In this document: in pieces, positions 30,891 to 39,995 of the stretch
How the letters are laid out: every line of letters begins with the position of its first letter
Position numbering within the stretch: the first letter of the stretch is position 1
NCBI GenBank assembly: GCA_963626075.1
Contig: CAVFVX010000001.1
Location: 1 to 59,734, forward strand
DNA length: 59,734 nucleotides
Origin: Acutalibacteraceae bacterium
GTDB lineage: Bacteria; Spirochaetota; Spirochaetia; Sphaerochaetales; Sphaerochaetaceae
Direction: 5' to 3'
Notes under the pieces: model-generated
The model's input: the letters and a program-made list of their open reading frames with translations, nothing else
What the model was told of the DNA's origin: nothing
Databases searched by the model: none
Made by a program: the position numbers and the translations under genes

Positions 30891-32450
30891 ATGGCAGAGA
30901 AACTGGATATAAGAAACAAGGCAGATATAGATACGACTCTCCCCCTCGTCTCGATTGTGGGCCGTCCGAATGTGGGTAAGTCCACACTCTTCAACAGACT
31001 TGTGGGTAAGAGAAGGGCCATCACGGACCCCACTCCCGGTGTCACACGTGACCCGATTCCCGAGAGATGGCTCCTCGGGAACCACCCCGTAACGCTTGTC
31101 GACACGGGAGGCGTCAAGCTCGACAAGGTCGGAATAGACTATGCCGTCACAGACAAGTCCCTCTCGATTCTTCCCCAGAGCGACATAATCCTCTTTCTCA
31201 TGGACTGCACCGAAGTCACGGCCGAGGACATGATGCTCGTCGAGGAACTCAGGCCCTACACCGACAAGGTCGTCCTTGTCGTGAATAAGGTCGACGACCC
31301 GTCACGTGACGACCTAGTCTGGAACTACTTCTCCTACGGCTTCCAGCGTGTCGTGGGGATATCTTCCGCACACGGACTCGGAATCGAGGAGCTCGAGGAC
31401 ACGATTCTCGGGATGCTCAATCTCGAGAGAACCGAGGAGATTCCCGACGAACCGGAGTCGATAAAGCTTGCGATAATGGGTAAGCCGAACACGGGAAAGA
31501 GCACGCTCACGAACCTCCTTACGGGACGGGACATTTCGATTGTGTCCGACATCGCCGGAACGACGAGGGATGTCATGAAGGGAACCTTCGTCTACAAGGG
31601 GACGGACTACACCGTTCTCGACACTGCAGGAATAAGGCGTAAGACCAAGGTCGAGGAGGATGTCGAATACTACTCGGTCAACAGAGCTATAAAGACAATA
31701 GACGAGGCAGACGTCGTTCTCCTGATGATCGACGTCACGGAAGGACTTGCCGAGCAGGACAAGAAGATAGCTCAGCTCATCGTCCGCCGCGGGAAGGGAG
31801 TCGTGTTATGTCTCAACAAGATAGACAAGCTCTCTGGAGTGGGCAACGAACTCGAGGCGATAAAGGACAGGGTGAGATTCCTCTTCCCCGTCCTCAACTT
31901 CGCTCCCCTCGTTCCGATTTCCGCACTCGAGGCAACGGATGTCGGCAGGATGCTCGACATAGTCTGGCAGGTATACCGTCAGCTCCAGAAGAGAGTCGAC
32001 ACGGCGCCGCTCAACGAGGCATTGAAGCAGTGGACGAGCGAGCAGGAGCCTCCGCGCTCCGCAACGGGCTACTTCAAGGTGCTCTACGCAACCCAGGTCA
32101 GTGCGGCTCCGGTGAGGTTCCTGTTGTTTGTAAACAAGATTCACGGCTTCCCGGAAACATACATCTCGTACCTCAAGAACTGCATACGTCGTGACCTCGG
32201 TTTCACGTACGTTCCCGTCGAGATATCTCTCAGGGAGAGACGCCGCAACCCAAGCCTCAACGAGAAGGGCCCGACGAAGGAGGAGAAGGAGATCCGTGCC
32301 GTCATGAAGAAGAGCTCGTCGTCTCCATCGGGTAAGAAGGGAACGGCGAAGAAGCCCGGCGGAAAAGCGAGAATGGGCAAGGAGAGGGAGAGAGCCGAGA
32401 AAATCGTGCGCAACACAAGGCAGAAGAAAGCGTCGAAGAGAGGTTCCTGA
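30891..32450 (+). CDS. der: Ribosome-biogenesis GTPase Der (EngA) with Lys/Arg-rich C-terminal tail
   Basis: Two G domains (GRPNVGKSTLFNRL and GKPNTGKSTLTNLL) plus a KH-like domain. 519 aa. Confidence 0.93.
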   Translation: MAEKLDIRNKADIDTTLPLVSIVGRPNVGKSTLFNRLVGKRRAITDPTPGVTRDPIPERWLLGNHPVTLVDTGGVKLDKVGIDYAVTDKSLSILPQSDIILFLMDCTEVTAEDMMLVEELRPYTDKVVLVVNKVDDPSRDDLVWNYFSYGFQRVVGISSAHGLGIEELEDTILGMLNLERTEEIPDEPESIKLAIMGKPNTGKSTLTNLLTGRDISIVSDIAGTTRDVMKGTFVYKGTDYTVLDTAGIRRKTKVEEDVEYYSVNRAIKTIDEADVVLLMIDVTEGLAEQDKKIAQLIVRRGKGVVLCLNKIDKLSGVGNELEAIKDRVRFLFPVLNFAPLVPISALEATDVGRMLDIVWQVYRQLQKRVDTAPLNEALKQWTSEQEPPRSATGYFKVLYATQVSAAPVRFLLFVNKIHGFPETYISYLKNCIRRDLGFTYVPVEISLRERRRNPSLNEKGPTKEEKEIRAVMKKSSSSPSGKKGTAKKPGGKARMGKERERAEKIVRNTRQKKASKRGS

Positions 32451-33145
32451 TGGGATTCCTTCTGGACAACAACATAAAGGCTGTCGCCTTCGACATCGAC
32501 GGAACGTTCTATCCCCTCTCCCAGACGAACAGACGGGTCCTCAGGGCTTCGATTTTCCATCTTCCCTTCGCACTTTCCTACAATAAGGCGCGTCAGATGC
32601 TCCGGACAAAGGACAGCTTCCTCGAGCTCGAGCCTCTGACGAGAGAGAAGAACGCAGAGCGCATGTGTGCGATAATGTACGGAAAGGCGGACGAAAGAAC
32701 GGTTTCGAAGTTCCTCAGAAAGGAGAAGAAGGTCTTCACGGACACCTACAGCCGCCTCTTTCTGAACATTAAGCCGTACGACGGAGTGAGAGAGGTGCTT
32801 TCCCTCCTCAAGGAGAAAGGTTACCCTATGGCCGTGCTTTCCGACTTCCCCGTCGGAACGAAGCTCAGCGCAATGGGACTCGAGTCCTTCTTCCCCGTAC
32901 AGCTCTCGAGCGAGGACATGGGCCGCAGCAAGCCCTGTCAGACGCCGTTCATCGTACTCGGGGAGAAACTCGGAGTGGAGAGAGGAAACATCCTCTACGT
33001 CGGAGACAGTGAAAGGAAAGATATTCTCGGTGCGAAGTACGCAGGGCTGAAAAGTGTGCTAATATCTTCTGAGGGGAAGAAGTCCGAAGCCGACCTTACG
33101 GTGTCGGACTGGAAGGAACTTAAGGAAAAACTATTCGGAGAGTAA
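32450..33145 (+). CDS. HAD-superfamily hydrolase
   Basis: Motif I AFDIDGTFY and motif IV YVGDSERKD. The start overlaps the der stop (TGATG). Confidence 0.85.
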   Translation: MGFLLDNNIKAVAFDIDGTFYPLSQTNRRVLRASIFHLPFALSYNKARQMLRTKDSFLELEPLTREKNAERMCAIMYGKADERTVSKFLRKEKKVFTDTYSRLFLNIKPYDGVREVLSLLKEKGYPMAVLSDFPVGTKLSAMGLESFFPVQLSSEDMGRSKPCQTPFIVLGEKLGVERGNILYVGDSERKDILGAKYAGLKSVLISSEGKKSEADLTVSDWKELKEKLFGE

Positions 33146-33146
33146 T

Positions 33147-35228
33147 ATGCAATCGGTAACGAACATCTATATAGCAATAGGAGTCTGTTTCCTACTCAAT
33201 CTCATAATCATAATCGCCTTCCGTGCAGCGGACAGAAAGGACAAGTCCCTGAAGAAGGTCAACCAGCAGATCAAGAACTTCCGTAACGAAGCCAATTCGA
33301 TATCGAACCGTATAACCGCAACAGCGCGCGACTGCGAGCAGAACGTCACGAGCAGGGTCGAGTACGCTACGACGGTGCAGGAGCACCTTGCAGAGTCGAT
33401 AGACCTCGTCCTCGTACACCAGAGGGAACTCGACGACCTCTCCGGCGTCTGCGAGAACTACGGCAATGCACTCAAGAAGCTCAAGGTACAGACCGAACAG
33501 GCGGAGAACAGACTCTACGCGGTCCAGAGCGAAGTGAGGAAGATCGAGGCCGTCAACGAATACGCGGCATCCTTCCAGAAGGAAGTCGAGAGGCTTACCC
33601 AGCAGATGAACTCCCTCAAGGCCGACTACGTGAGACTCGTGGCATCGACCGAGCAGGACCTCAAGGCTGCAGCCCAGAACCAGAAGGAGGAGAATGCGGA
33701 GATGCTCACCGCCTTCTCCCAGTCCCTCGACAGGGCCAAGGTGCAGTTCTCCGACTACATCGCCCAGGAGAAGAAGGCCTATGACGATATCTGCCGCGAG
33801 CAGGAGATTACGGCGCAGGGCCAGCTTGACGCCCTCAACGCAAAGGCCGGTGAGATAGAGGGTGAGGTGAGAGCCCACAAGGATGACATCAACGCATTCA
33901 TCACCGACGCAAAGGCTGAGCTTGACGACCTTGAACTCAAGAAGGACGGAGTCATAAAGGCCTTCGAGGACAGGAACGCCGAACTCGAGAGCGACCGCAA
34001 CTCCACTCTCCAGGCATACGAGAGCAGAAGAGATGCACTCTTTACCGAGATAGACGGCAAGGTCGCACAGTCCTCGGGAGAACTCGAGAGTGCGATAAAG
34101 AACACGGAGAACACACTCGAGGAGAAGCTCAGGGACAAGGAAGAGGAGGTCGCCGCATCGCTTGACGCCTACTCGGAGCGCATCGCCGAGAAGGAGAAGG
34201 CCCTCGAGGAGAGCCTCAACGGCAGAAGGACGGAGATTGAAACGGCCATAACCGACTCCGGCGAGAGACTTGAGGAGAAGGAGAAGGAGATAGAAGCCTC
34301 CCTCGATAAAAAGAGCGGCGAGATCGACGCCTCCCTCACGGCATACTCGGAGAAGATGACATCTCTCGAGAACGACATAAAGAGCCAGATAGAGAGACTC
34401 TCGGGAGAGGCTGAGAAGGTGCTTCAGAGCCTCAGAGACAGTGTTGACGCATTGAAGAAGGAGAGCGAGGACAACACATCCTCCTGTTCGGCTAAAAAGG
34501 ACGAAATCATACTCTCGTGCACGACGGCGCTCGACGAAAAGAAGGCCGAGATCGAGAGCGACATGGTCACGCTGACGGGAAAGAAGGACGAACTCGAAGC
34601 CTCCTTCGACAGAACGATAGAAAGCAAGCAGCAGCTCTTCGATGCGGAGGTGGCGCGTCTCGAGGACAAGAGAACACAGTACAGACAGAGATGCTCGGAC
34701 TCGCTCGATGAAGTCGTGGAGAAGGCACAGAACGACGCAATGCAGATTCTTTCGAGAATCAAGGGCCAGGGAGACGAGTTCCTGAAGACGGTGTCGCGTG
34801 CAACGGGTGACAGCGAGAAGGCCTACCATATTCTGACGGGAACGGCACACGGCAAGGTGAAGGAAGCCGAGGAGAGCCTCGGGGACCTCAGGAACAAGAT
34901 AAGGGAGACGGAAGCCGAGCTCTCGGAGCAGGTCGAGAACGTCACGAAGCTCAAGGAGGAGATCTGGAACCTCCAGCAGACGCAGAAGTCCCTCGAGAAC
35001 GAGGTGTCGACACTCGAGGAGGACAGGGCGAAGCTCGAGTCGCTGAAGGCGCAGGCGAAGAACGAGAGACTGAACGAGGAAGCGAATCTCGTGAGACTCA
35101 AGGGACAGCAGAAGGCTCTCCAGGACGAGAAGAAGAAGGACAAGCCGAAGAAGCCCGTCTTCGAGGAGATGGACGTTGTCATAGGTCCCGAGGAGGAAGT
35201 CGACGTCAGCGATGACGACGACCTCTGA
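33147..35228 (+). CDS. Membrane-anchored long coiled-coil protein (693 aa), function unknown
   Basis: One N-terminal TM (IYIAIGVCFLLNLIIIIAF), about 640 aa of E/K/L/A-rich heptad-like sequence with internal repeats, and an acidic tail VDVSDDDDL. Starts 1 nt after the HAD stop. Confidence 0.8.
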   Translation: MQSVTNIYIAIGVCFLLNLIIIIAFRAADRKDKSLKKVNQQIKNFRNEANSISNRITATARDCEQNVTSRVEYATTVQEHLAESIDLVLVHQRELDDLSGVCENYGNALKKLKVQTEQAENRLYAVQSEVRKIEAVNEYAASFQKEVERLTQQMNSLKADYVRLVASTEQDLKAAAQNQKEENAEMLTAFSQSLDRAKVQFSDYIAQEKKAYDDICREQEITAQGQLDALNAKAGEIEGEVRAHKDDINAFITDAKAELDDLELKKDGVIKAFEDRNAELESDRNSTLQAYESRRDALFTEIDGKVAQSSGELESAIKNTENTLEEKLRDKEEEVAASLDAYSERIAEKEKALEESLNGRRTEIETAITDSGERLEEKEKEIEASLDKKSGEIDASLTAYSEKMTSLENDIKSQIERLSGEAEKVLQSLRDSVDALKKESEDNTSSCSAKKDEIILSCTTALDEKKAEIESDMVTLTGKKDELEASFDRTIESKQQLFDAEVARLEDKRTQYRQRCSDSLDEVVEKAQNDAMQILSRIKGQGDEFLKTVSRATGDSEKAYHILTGTAHGKVKEAEESLGDLRNKIRETEAELSEQVENVTKLKEEIWNLQQTQKSLENEVSTLEEDRAKLESLKAQAKNERLNEEANLVRLKGQQKALQDEKKKDKPKKPVFEEMDVVIGPEEEVDVSDDDDL

Positions 35229-35229
35229 T

Positions 35230-35258
35230 TTGACGATTACATTATTTACAGTTAACTT
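35230..35258 (+). promoter_or_regulatory. Promoter-like element upstream of grpE
   Basis: TTGACG (35230-35235), 17 nt, TAACTT (35253-35258). Shares ATTTGACGATT with the element upstream of dnaK. Confidence 0.45.
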
Positions 35259-35287
35259 ACTAGAGGAGGCCGGGGAGGCCTTCTCTT

Positions 35288-35932
35288 ATGAAAAAGAAGA
35301 AAAAAGAAAAAGGAAAGAAGAATATAATGGCTGAAGAAGAAAAGAAGACTGAAGAGGTAAAGGAAAACGCTGAACCCGTTGCTGAAAAGGACGAGGAAGT
35401 AGTCGAAGCCGAAGACGTGGAGACAGTTGAGAAGGAGAGCGACGAACTCTCCGAAGTCGACACCCTCAAGGCGAAGGTCGCCGAACTCGAGGAGACAGTG
35501 GCCAGAATGAAGGACGATGACCTCAGGCGTGCAGCCGAGACGGAGAACTACCGCAAGAGGCTCAGAACCGAGAAGGAGAATGCGGTGAAATACGCAAACG
35601 AATCCCTCATTTCCGATCTTCTCGAGCCTCTCGACAATTTCGCACGCGCCATCGACGCTGCAGAGACCACAAGCGATGTCGAATCCCTGAGAAAGGGAGT
35701 CGTGATGGTGAAGGACCACCTTCTGCAGGTACTCAGGCAGAACTGGGGCCTCGAGATGATAGAGAGCACCCCCGGCACGGCCTACGACCCGAACACTATG
35801 GAAGCCTACGGCGTCCAGGAGAAGGAGGGAATCGAGAAGGAGGAGGTTGCCATGGAATGCGCAAAGGGATGGCTTCTCCACGGCAAGGTTCTCCGCACTG
35901 CGAAGGTCTTCGTAGCTAAGCCCAAAAATTGA
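35288..35932 (+). CDS. grpE: Nucleotide exchange factor GrpE
   Basis: The C-terminal half matches GrpE (RTEKENAVKYANESLISDLLEPLDNFARA). GGAGG lies 9 nt upstream. An alternative start is ATG 35327. Confidence 0.92.
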   Translation: MKKKKKEKGKKNIMAEEEKKTEEVKENAEPVAEKDEEVVEAEDVETVEKESDELSEVDTLKAKVAELEETVARMKDDDLRRAAETENYRKRLRTEKENAVKYANESLISDLLEPLDNFARAIDAAETTSDVESLRKGVVMVKDHLLQVLRQNWGLEMIESTPGTAYDPNTMEAYGVQEKEGIEKEEVAMECAKGWLLHGKVLRTAKVFVAKPKN

Positions 35933-35952
35933 AAAGAATTAACAAAATAAAT

Positions 35953-35981
35953 TTGACGATTTGAAAGGCTCTTATTATTTT
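35953..35981 (+). promoter_or_regulatory. Promoter-like element upstream of dnaK
   Basis: TTGACG (35953-35958), 17 nt, TATTTT (35976-35981). Followed by the inverted repeat TGATGAA-ggga-TTCATCA (35988-36005). Confidence 0.45.
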
Positions 35982-36045
35982 AGACACTGATGAAGGGATT
36001 CATCAAAACAAAACATATAAAAGATAATTAATGGAGATTAAGAAT

Positions 36046-37998
36046 ATGGGAAAGATTATTGGTATTGACCTCGGTACAACAAACAGCTGCGTTGCAGTCA
36101 TGGACGGCAACGAACCCAGCGTCATCGCAAACAGCGAAGGAGACAGAACGACTCCGAGTGTCGTGGCATTCAAGGGCGACGAGCGACTCGTGGGTAAGCC
36201 CGCTAAGAACCAGATGGTTACAAACCCCGAGAACACCATTTATTCAATCAAGAGATTCATGGGAAGAAAGTTCCACGAAGTGGCAGAGGAAATCAAGATG
36301 GTTCCCTACAAGGTTACTTCTGGCGCTAACGACGAGATAAAGATCGACATCAGCGGCAAGCTCTATTCTCCTCAGGAGATTTCGGCAATCGTTCTTCAGA
36401 AGATGAAGAAGACAGCCGAGGACTTCCTCGGAGAGGAGATCAAGGAAGCAGTCATCACTGTTCCTGCATACTTCAACGACGCACAGCGCCAGGCAACAAA
36501 GGATGCAGGAAGAATCGCAGGCCTTGACGTCAAGAGAATCGTCAACGAACCGACGGCTGCTGCTCTCGCATACGGCTTCGGCAAGGATTCGAGCAAGGAA
36601 GAGAAGATTGCAGTCTACGATTTCGGCGGCGGCACATTCGATATTTCAATTCTCGAACTCGGCGACGGTGTCTTCGAGGTAAAGAGCACCAATGGTGATA
36701 CACACCTCGGAGGAGACAACATCGACCAGGTCATCATCGACTGGCTTGTAAGTGACTTCAAGAAGGAATACGGCATCGACCTCACTTCCGACAAGATGGC
36801 ACTCCAGAGACTCAAGGAAGCTGCAGAGCAGGCTAAGATCACTCTCTCCTCCTCGACTCAGACAACCATCAACCTCCCGTTCATCACAGCTGATGCAACA
36901 GGCCCGAAGCACCTGCAGAAGGAGCTCACAAGAGCTAAGTTCGAGCAGATGATTGAACCGCTTGTCGAGAAGACAAAGGTTCCGTGCATGAACGCACTCA
37001 GGGACGCAGGCCTTACGGCTGCAGATATCGACGAAGTCATCCTCGTCGGCGGTTCGACAAGAATCCCGATGGTACAGGAAGAAGTCAAGAAGCTCTTCGG
37101 CAAGGAACCCCACAAGGGTGTCAACCCCGATGAAGTCGTCGCAGTAGGCGCATCCATCCAGGGCGGTATTCTCAAGGGAGATGTCAAGGACGTTCTTCTT
37201 CTCGATGTCACACCGCTTTCACTGGGTATCGAGACACTCGGCGGAGTAAGCACAAAGCTCATCGAAAGGAATACAACCATTCCTACGAGAAAGAGCCAGA
37301 TCTTCTCCACTGCATCGGACGGCCAGACGGCAGTGTCGATTCACGTTCTCCAGGGTGAAAGAGAGCTTGCATCCCAGAACAGAACGCTCGGTATGTTCAA
37401 CCTTGAAGGCATCGCTCCGGCACCGAGGGGAGTACCTCAGATCGAAGTCACATTCGATATCGATGCAAACGGCATTGTTCACGTATCTGCAAAGGATCTC
37501 GGAACAGGCAAGGAGCAGAAGATCAGAATCGAATCCTCTTCGGGTCTCAGCGAAGCCGACATCGACAAGATGGTCAAGGAAGCCGAAGCTCATGCAGAGG
37601 ACGACAAGAAGGCAAGAGAGGCAATCGAGGCAAAGAACAACGCAGAGACTACAGTCTACGCTACCGAGAAGGCCCTCAAGGACTACGGCGACAAGGTGAC
37701 ACCTCAGGAGAGAAGCAATATCGAAGAGGCAGTAAAGGAGCTCAAGGATACTCTCGCCAATGCAAACGCAACGGCTGAGGAGATCAAGGCGAAGACCGAG
37801 AAGGTCCAGAGCGCTTCGATGCAGCTCGGACAGAAGGTCTACGAAGCTCAGCAGGCTCAGCAGGCACAGCAGGGTGCGGGCGCAGGTGCTCAGTACCAGC
37901 AGTATCAGCAGAGCCAGGACAACGGCGCTCAGCAGAACGGCGGTTCCCAGAGCTCGAACGACGACACGATGGATGCCAGCTTCGAAGAAGTCAAATAA
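36046..37998 (+). CDS. dnaK: Chaperone DnaK (Hsp70)
   Basis: Starts [18 protein letters not shown]. The ORF-track start 36031 adds 5 aa. GGAG lies upstream of 36046. Confidence 0.97.
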   Translation: MGKIIGIDLGTTNSCVAVMDGNEPSVIANSEGDRTTPSVVAFKGDERLVGKPAKNQMVTNPENTIYSIKRFMGRKFHEVAEEIKMVPYKVTSGANDEIKIDISGKLYSPQEISAIVLQKMKKTAEDFLGEEIKEAVITVPAYFNDAQRQATKDAGRIAGLDVKRIVNEPTAAALAYGFGKDSSKEEKIAVYDFGGGTFDISILELGDGVFEVKSTNGDTHLGGDNIDQVIIDWLVSDFKKEYGIDLTSDKMALQRLKEAAEQAKITLSSSTQTTINLPFITADATGPKHLQKELTRAKFEQMIEPLVEKTKVPCMNALRDAGLTAADIDEVILVGGSTRIPMVQEEVKKLFGKEPHKGVNPDEVVAVGASIQGGILKGDVKDVLLLDVTPLSLGIETLGGVSTKLIERNTTIPTRKSQIFSTASDGQTAVSIHVLQGERELASQNRTLGMFNLEGIAPAPRGVPQIEVTFDIDANGIVHVSAKDLGTGKEQKIRIESSSGLSEADIDKMVKEAEAHAEDDKKAREAIEAKNNAETTVYATEKALKDYGDKVTPQERSNIEEAVKELKDTLANANATAEEIKAKTEKVQSASMQLGQKVYEAQQAQQAQQGAGAGAQYQQYQQSQDNGAQQNGGSQSSNDDTMDASFEEVK

Positions 37999-38020
37999 CG
38001 ATTAGAGGGAGATACCCCCG

Positions 38021-38047
38021 GAGGCAGCACATCAACGGTGCTGCCTC
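38021..38047 (+). promoter_or_regulatory. 10-bp hairpin between dnaK and dnaJ (possible partial terminator)
   Basis: GAGGCAGCAC-atcaacg-GTGCTGCCTC followed by TATGGCGTATTAT. Confidence 0.5.
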
Positions 38048-38068
38048 TATGGCGTATTATATGGTGAT

Positions 38069-39193
38069 ATGGCAAAACGTGATTATTATGAAGTCCTCGG
38101 AGTGCAGAAGGGTGCAACCGAGGAGGAGATAAAGAAGGCCTACCGTAAGATTGCAATGGCCAACCATCCCGACACCCATCCGGGTGACAAGGATGCAGAG
38201 GAGAGGTTCAAGGAGGCCAGCGAGGCCTACGAGGTCCTTTCCGACCAGAAGAAGAGAAGTGCATACGACCAGTTCGGCTTTGCAGGGGTCGACGGCATGG
38301 GTGGCGCTGCAAGCGGCGGCTACCAGAATGTCTACAGGGACTTCTCCGACCTCTTCGGGGGCTCGGGAGGCTTCTCCGACATATTCTCGTCCTTCTTCGG
38401 AGGCGGTTCGTCGCGCGGCGGCAGCCGGAGCGCATCCAGCCCCAGACAGGGCCAGTCCCTCAGATACGACATCACGATAGACTTCAAGGAAGCCGCATTC
38501 GGCTGCAAGAAGGAGATTTCCTTCTCGCATGACGACCAGTGTCCGTCCTGCAAGGGTACCGGAGGCACGGGCAGGAGAACCTGTCCCACCTGCGGCGGCT
38601 CGGGCCAGGTGATTTCGGGCGGCGGTTTCTTCCAGATGTCACAGCCCTGCCGCACATGCCGCGGAACGGGTTATGTGGTCGACAATCCCTGCTCCGAGTG
38701 TCACGGCACGGGATCCGTCAGGAAAAGCGAGAAGCTCAGCGTGACGATTCCCGCGGGAAGCGACGACGGAACAAGACTGACGCTGAGAGGCAAGGGAGAC
38801 GCGGGCCAGAACGGCGGACCGAACGGAGACCTCATCCTCGTTGTGAACGTACGCCCTGACAAGTATTTCGTAAGGGACGGCAACGATGTATACCTCCAGG
38901 TTCCGATTTCCTTCGTCCAGGCAGCTCTCGGCGACACCATCGAGGTTGCGACAATCGACGGCACGAACGTCATGGTCGACATCCCGGAGGGAACGCAGTC
39001 GGGCAAGCTCCTGAGACTCAAGGGCAAGGGAGTACCGTCACTCAGGGGCGGCGTCAGAGGCGATATGTATCTCAAGATTGTCGTCGAGATTCCGAAGAGA
39101 CTGGGACTCAGGGAAAGGAAGATTATGAAGGAGCTTTATGATACAATGGCTCCGACAAAGGCTCCGAAGCCTGTCCAGTTCACAAACGATTAA
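38069..39193 (+). CDS. dnaJ: Co-chaperone DnaJ
   Basis: J domain with HPD ([11 protein letters not shown]), a G/S-rich linker and four CxxCxGxG repeats. Confidence 0.96.
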   Translation: MAKRDYYEVLGVQKGATEEEIKKAYRKIAMANHPDTHPGDKDAEERFKEASEAYEVLSDQKKRSAYDQFGFAGVDGMGGAASGGYQNVYRDFSDLFGGSGGFSDIFSSFFGGGSSRGGSRSASSPRQGQSLRYDITIDFKEAAFGCKKEISFSHDDQCPSCKGTGGTGRRTCPTCGGSGQVISGGGFFQMSQPCRTCRGTGYVVDNPCSECHGTGSVRKSEKLSVTIPAGSDDGTRLTLRGKGDAGQNGGPNGDLILVVNVRPDKYFVRDGNDVYLQVPISFVQAALGDTIEVATIDGTNVMVDIPEGTQSGKLLRLKGKGVPSLRGGVRGDMYLKIVVEIPKRLGLRERKIMKELYDTMAPTKAPKPVQFTND

Positions 39194-39203
39194 GGAGAGA
39201 TAA

Positions 39204-39950
39204 ATGGGCGAGAAGGTCTACGGCTACCATGCCATCGAAGAGGCTCTGAAGAAGGCCGGAATGGGTTCGACTCTGTACCTCCAGCGCGGCGGCGGCGAGA
39301 GAATACAGGCTCTCGAGAGAGAGGCTGTCCTCACGGGCAAGGTTGCGGTGAAGAAGCTCAGCAGAGAGGAGCTTTCGAGAATGATGGAAGGCGTCGACCT
39401 CAGGGGAGCGCTGTTAGACCTCGGCGGTCCGAGAAAGGGAGCCTCGAGGCTCATCGAGACCACTGTTGACGAATTCTGCAACAGGCTCGGAGAGGACGAC
39501 AGCGCTTTCGTTCTCATCCTCGACGGAATAACCGATCCGCATAACCTCGGAGCAATACTCAGGTCTGCAGACCAGTTCGGAGCGGACCTTGTCCTCATTC
39601 CCGAACGCCGTGCCGTACAGGCGAACGAAACTGTCGTAAAGGTCTCGTCCGGGGCTGCGCAGTACGTTCCCGTATCTGTCGTGACGAACCTCACAAGGGA
39701 AATAAAGACACTCAAGGACAACGGCTTCTGGATTTACGGCGCCGACATGAACGGTGACTCCTCGTACAGTGAGAAGTTCGCAAAGCGCACCGCAATCGTG
39801 ATGGGAAGCGAGGGAAGCGGAATGTCGAGCCTGGTGAGAAAGAACTGCGACTGCATAGTCTCGATTCCGATGCGGGGCCATATAGACTCGCTCAACGTCT
39901 CCGTTGCGGCGGGAATCCTGATGTACGAATTCAGAAGAACAAACGGATAA
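39204..39950 (+). CDS. rlmB: SpoU/TrmH-family rRNA 2'-O-methyltransferase (RlmB-like)
   Basis: Motifs LDGITDPHNLGAILRSA, VMGSEGSGMS and IPMRGHIDSLNVSVAAGI. Confidence 0.85.
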   Translation: MGEKVYGYHAIEEALKKAGMGSTLYLQRGGGERIQALEREAVLTGKVAVKKLSREELSRMMEGVDLRGALLDLGGPRKGASRLIETTVDEFCNRLGEDDSAFVLILDGITDPHNLGAILRSADQFGADLVLIPERRAVQANETVVKVSSGAAQYVPVSVVTNLTREIKTLKDNGFWIYGADMNGDSSYSEKFAKRTAIVMGSEGSGMSSLVRKNCDCIVSIPMRGHIDSLNVSVAAGILMYEFRRTNG

Positions 39951-39954
39951 AAGA

Positions 39955-39975
39955 GAGCCTCCGCTAAGGAGGCTC
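39955..39975. terminator. Hairpin between convergent rlmB and purD
   Basis: GAGCCTCC-gctaa-GGAGGCTC. On the minus strand it is followed by TCTTTTAT, so it reads best as the purD terminator. Confidence 0.6.
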
Positions 39976-39995
39976 AACTTATATACATTAGATTA

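Noticed and set aside
33192-34850. A 552-aa antisense ORF opposite the coiled-coil gene. Similar long antisense ORFs lie at 4506-5768, 3423-4445, 11935-12939, 26632-27618, 27363-28223, 52005-53126 and 55019-56284.
   Set aside because: Each lies opposite a gene with an unmistakable conserved product. Their translations are low-complexity (R/L/V/D/E/S-rich) with no motifs. They stay open because sense codons TTA, CTA and TCA, which create antisense stops, are rare under this genome's codon bias (CTC, AAG, GAG, GAC, ATC, TCC preferred). They also lack ribosome-binding sites.
35981-36008. A CIRCE-like start, TTAGACACT, in the dnaK leader.
   Set aside because: Only the first four bases match the CIRCE left arm (TTAGCACTC). 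The expected right arm GAGTGCTAA is absent 9 nt downstream, and no hrcA is present. The local inverted repeat is a different sequence, TGATGAA/TTCATCA.
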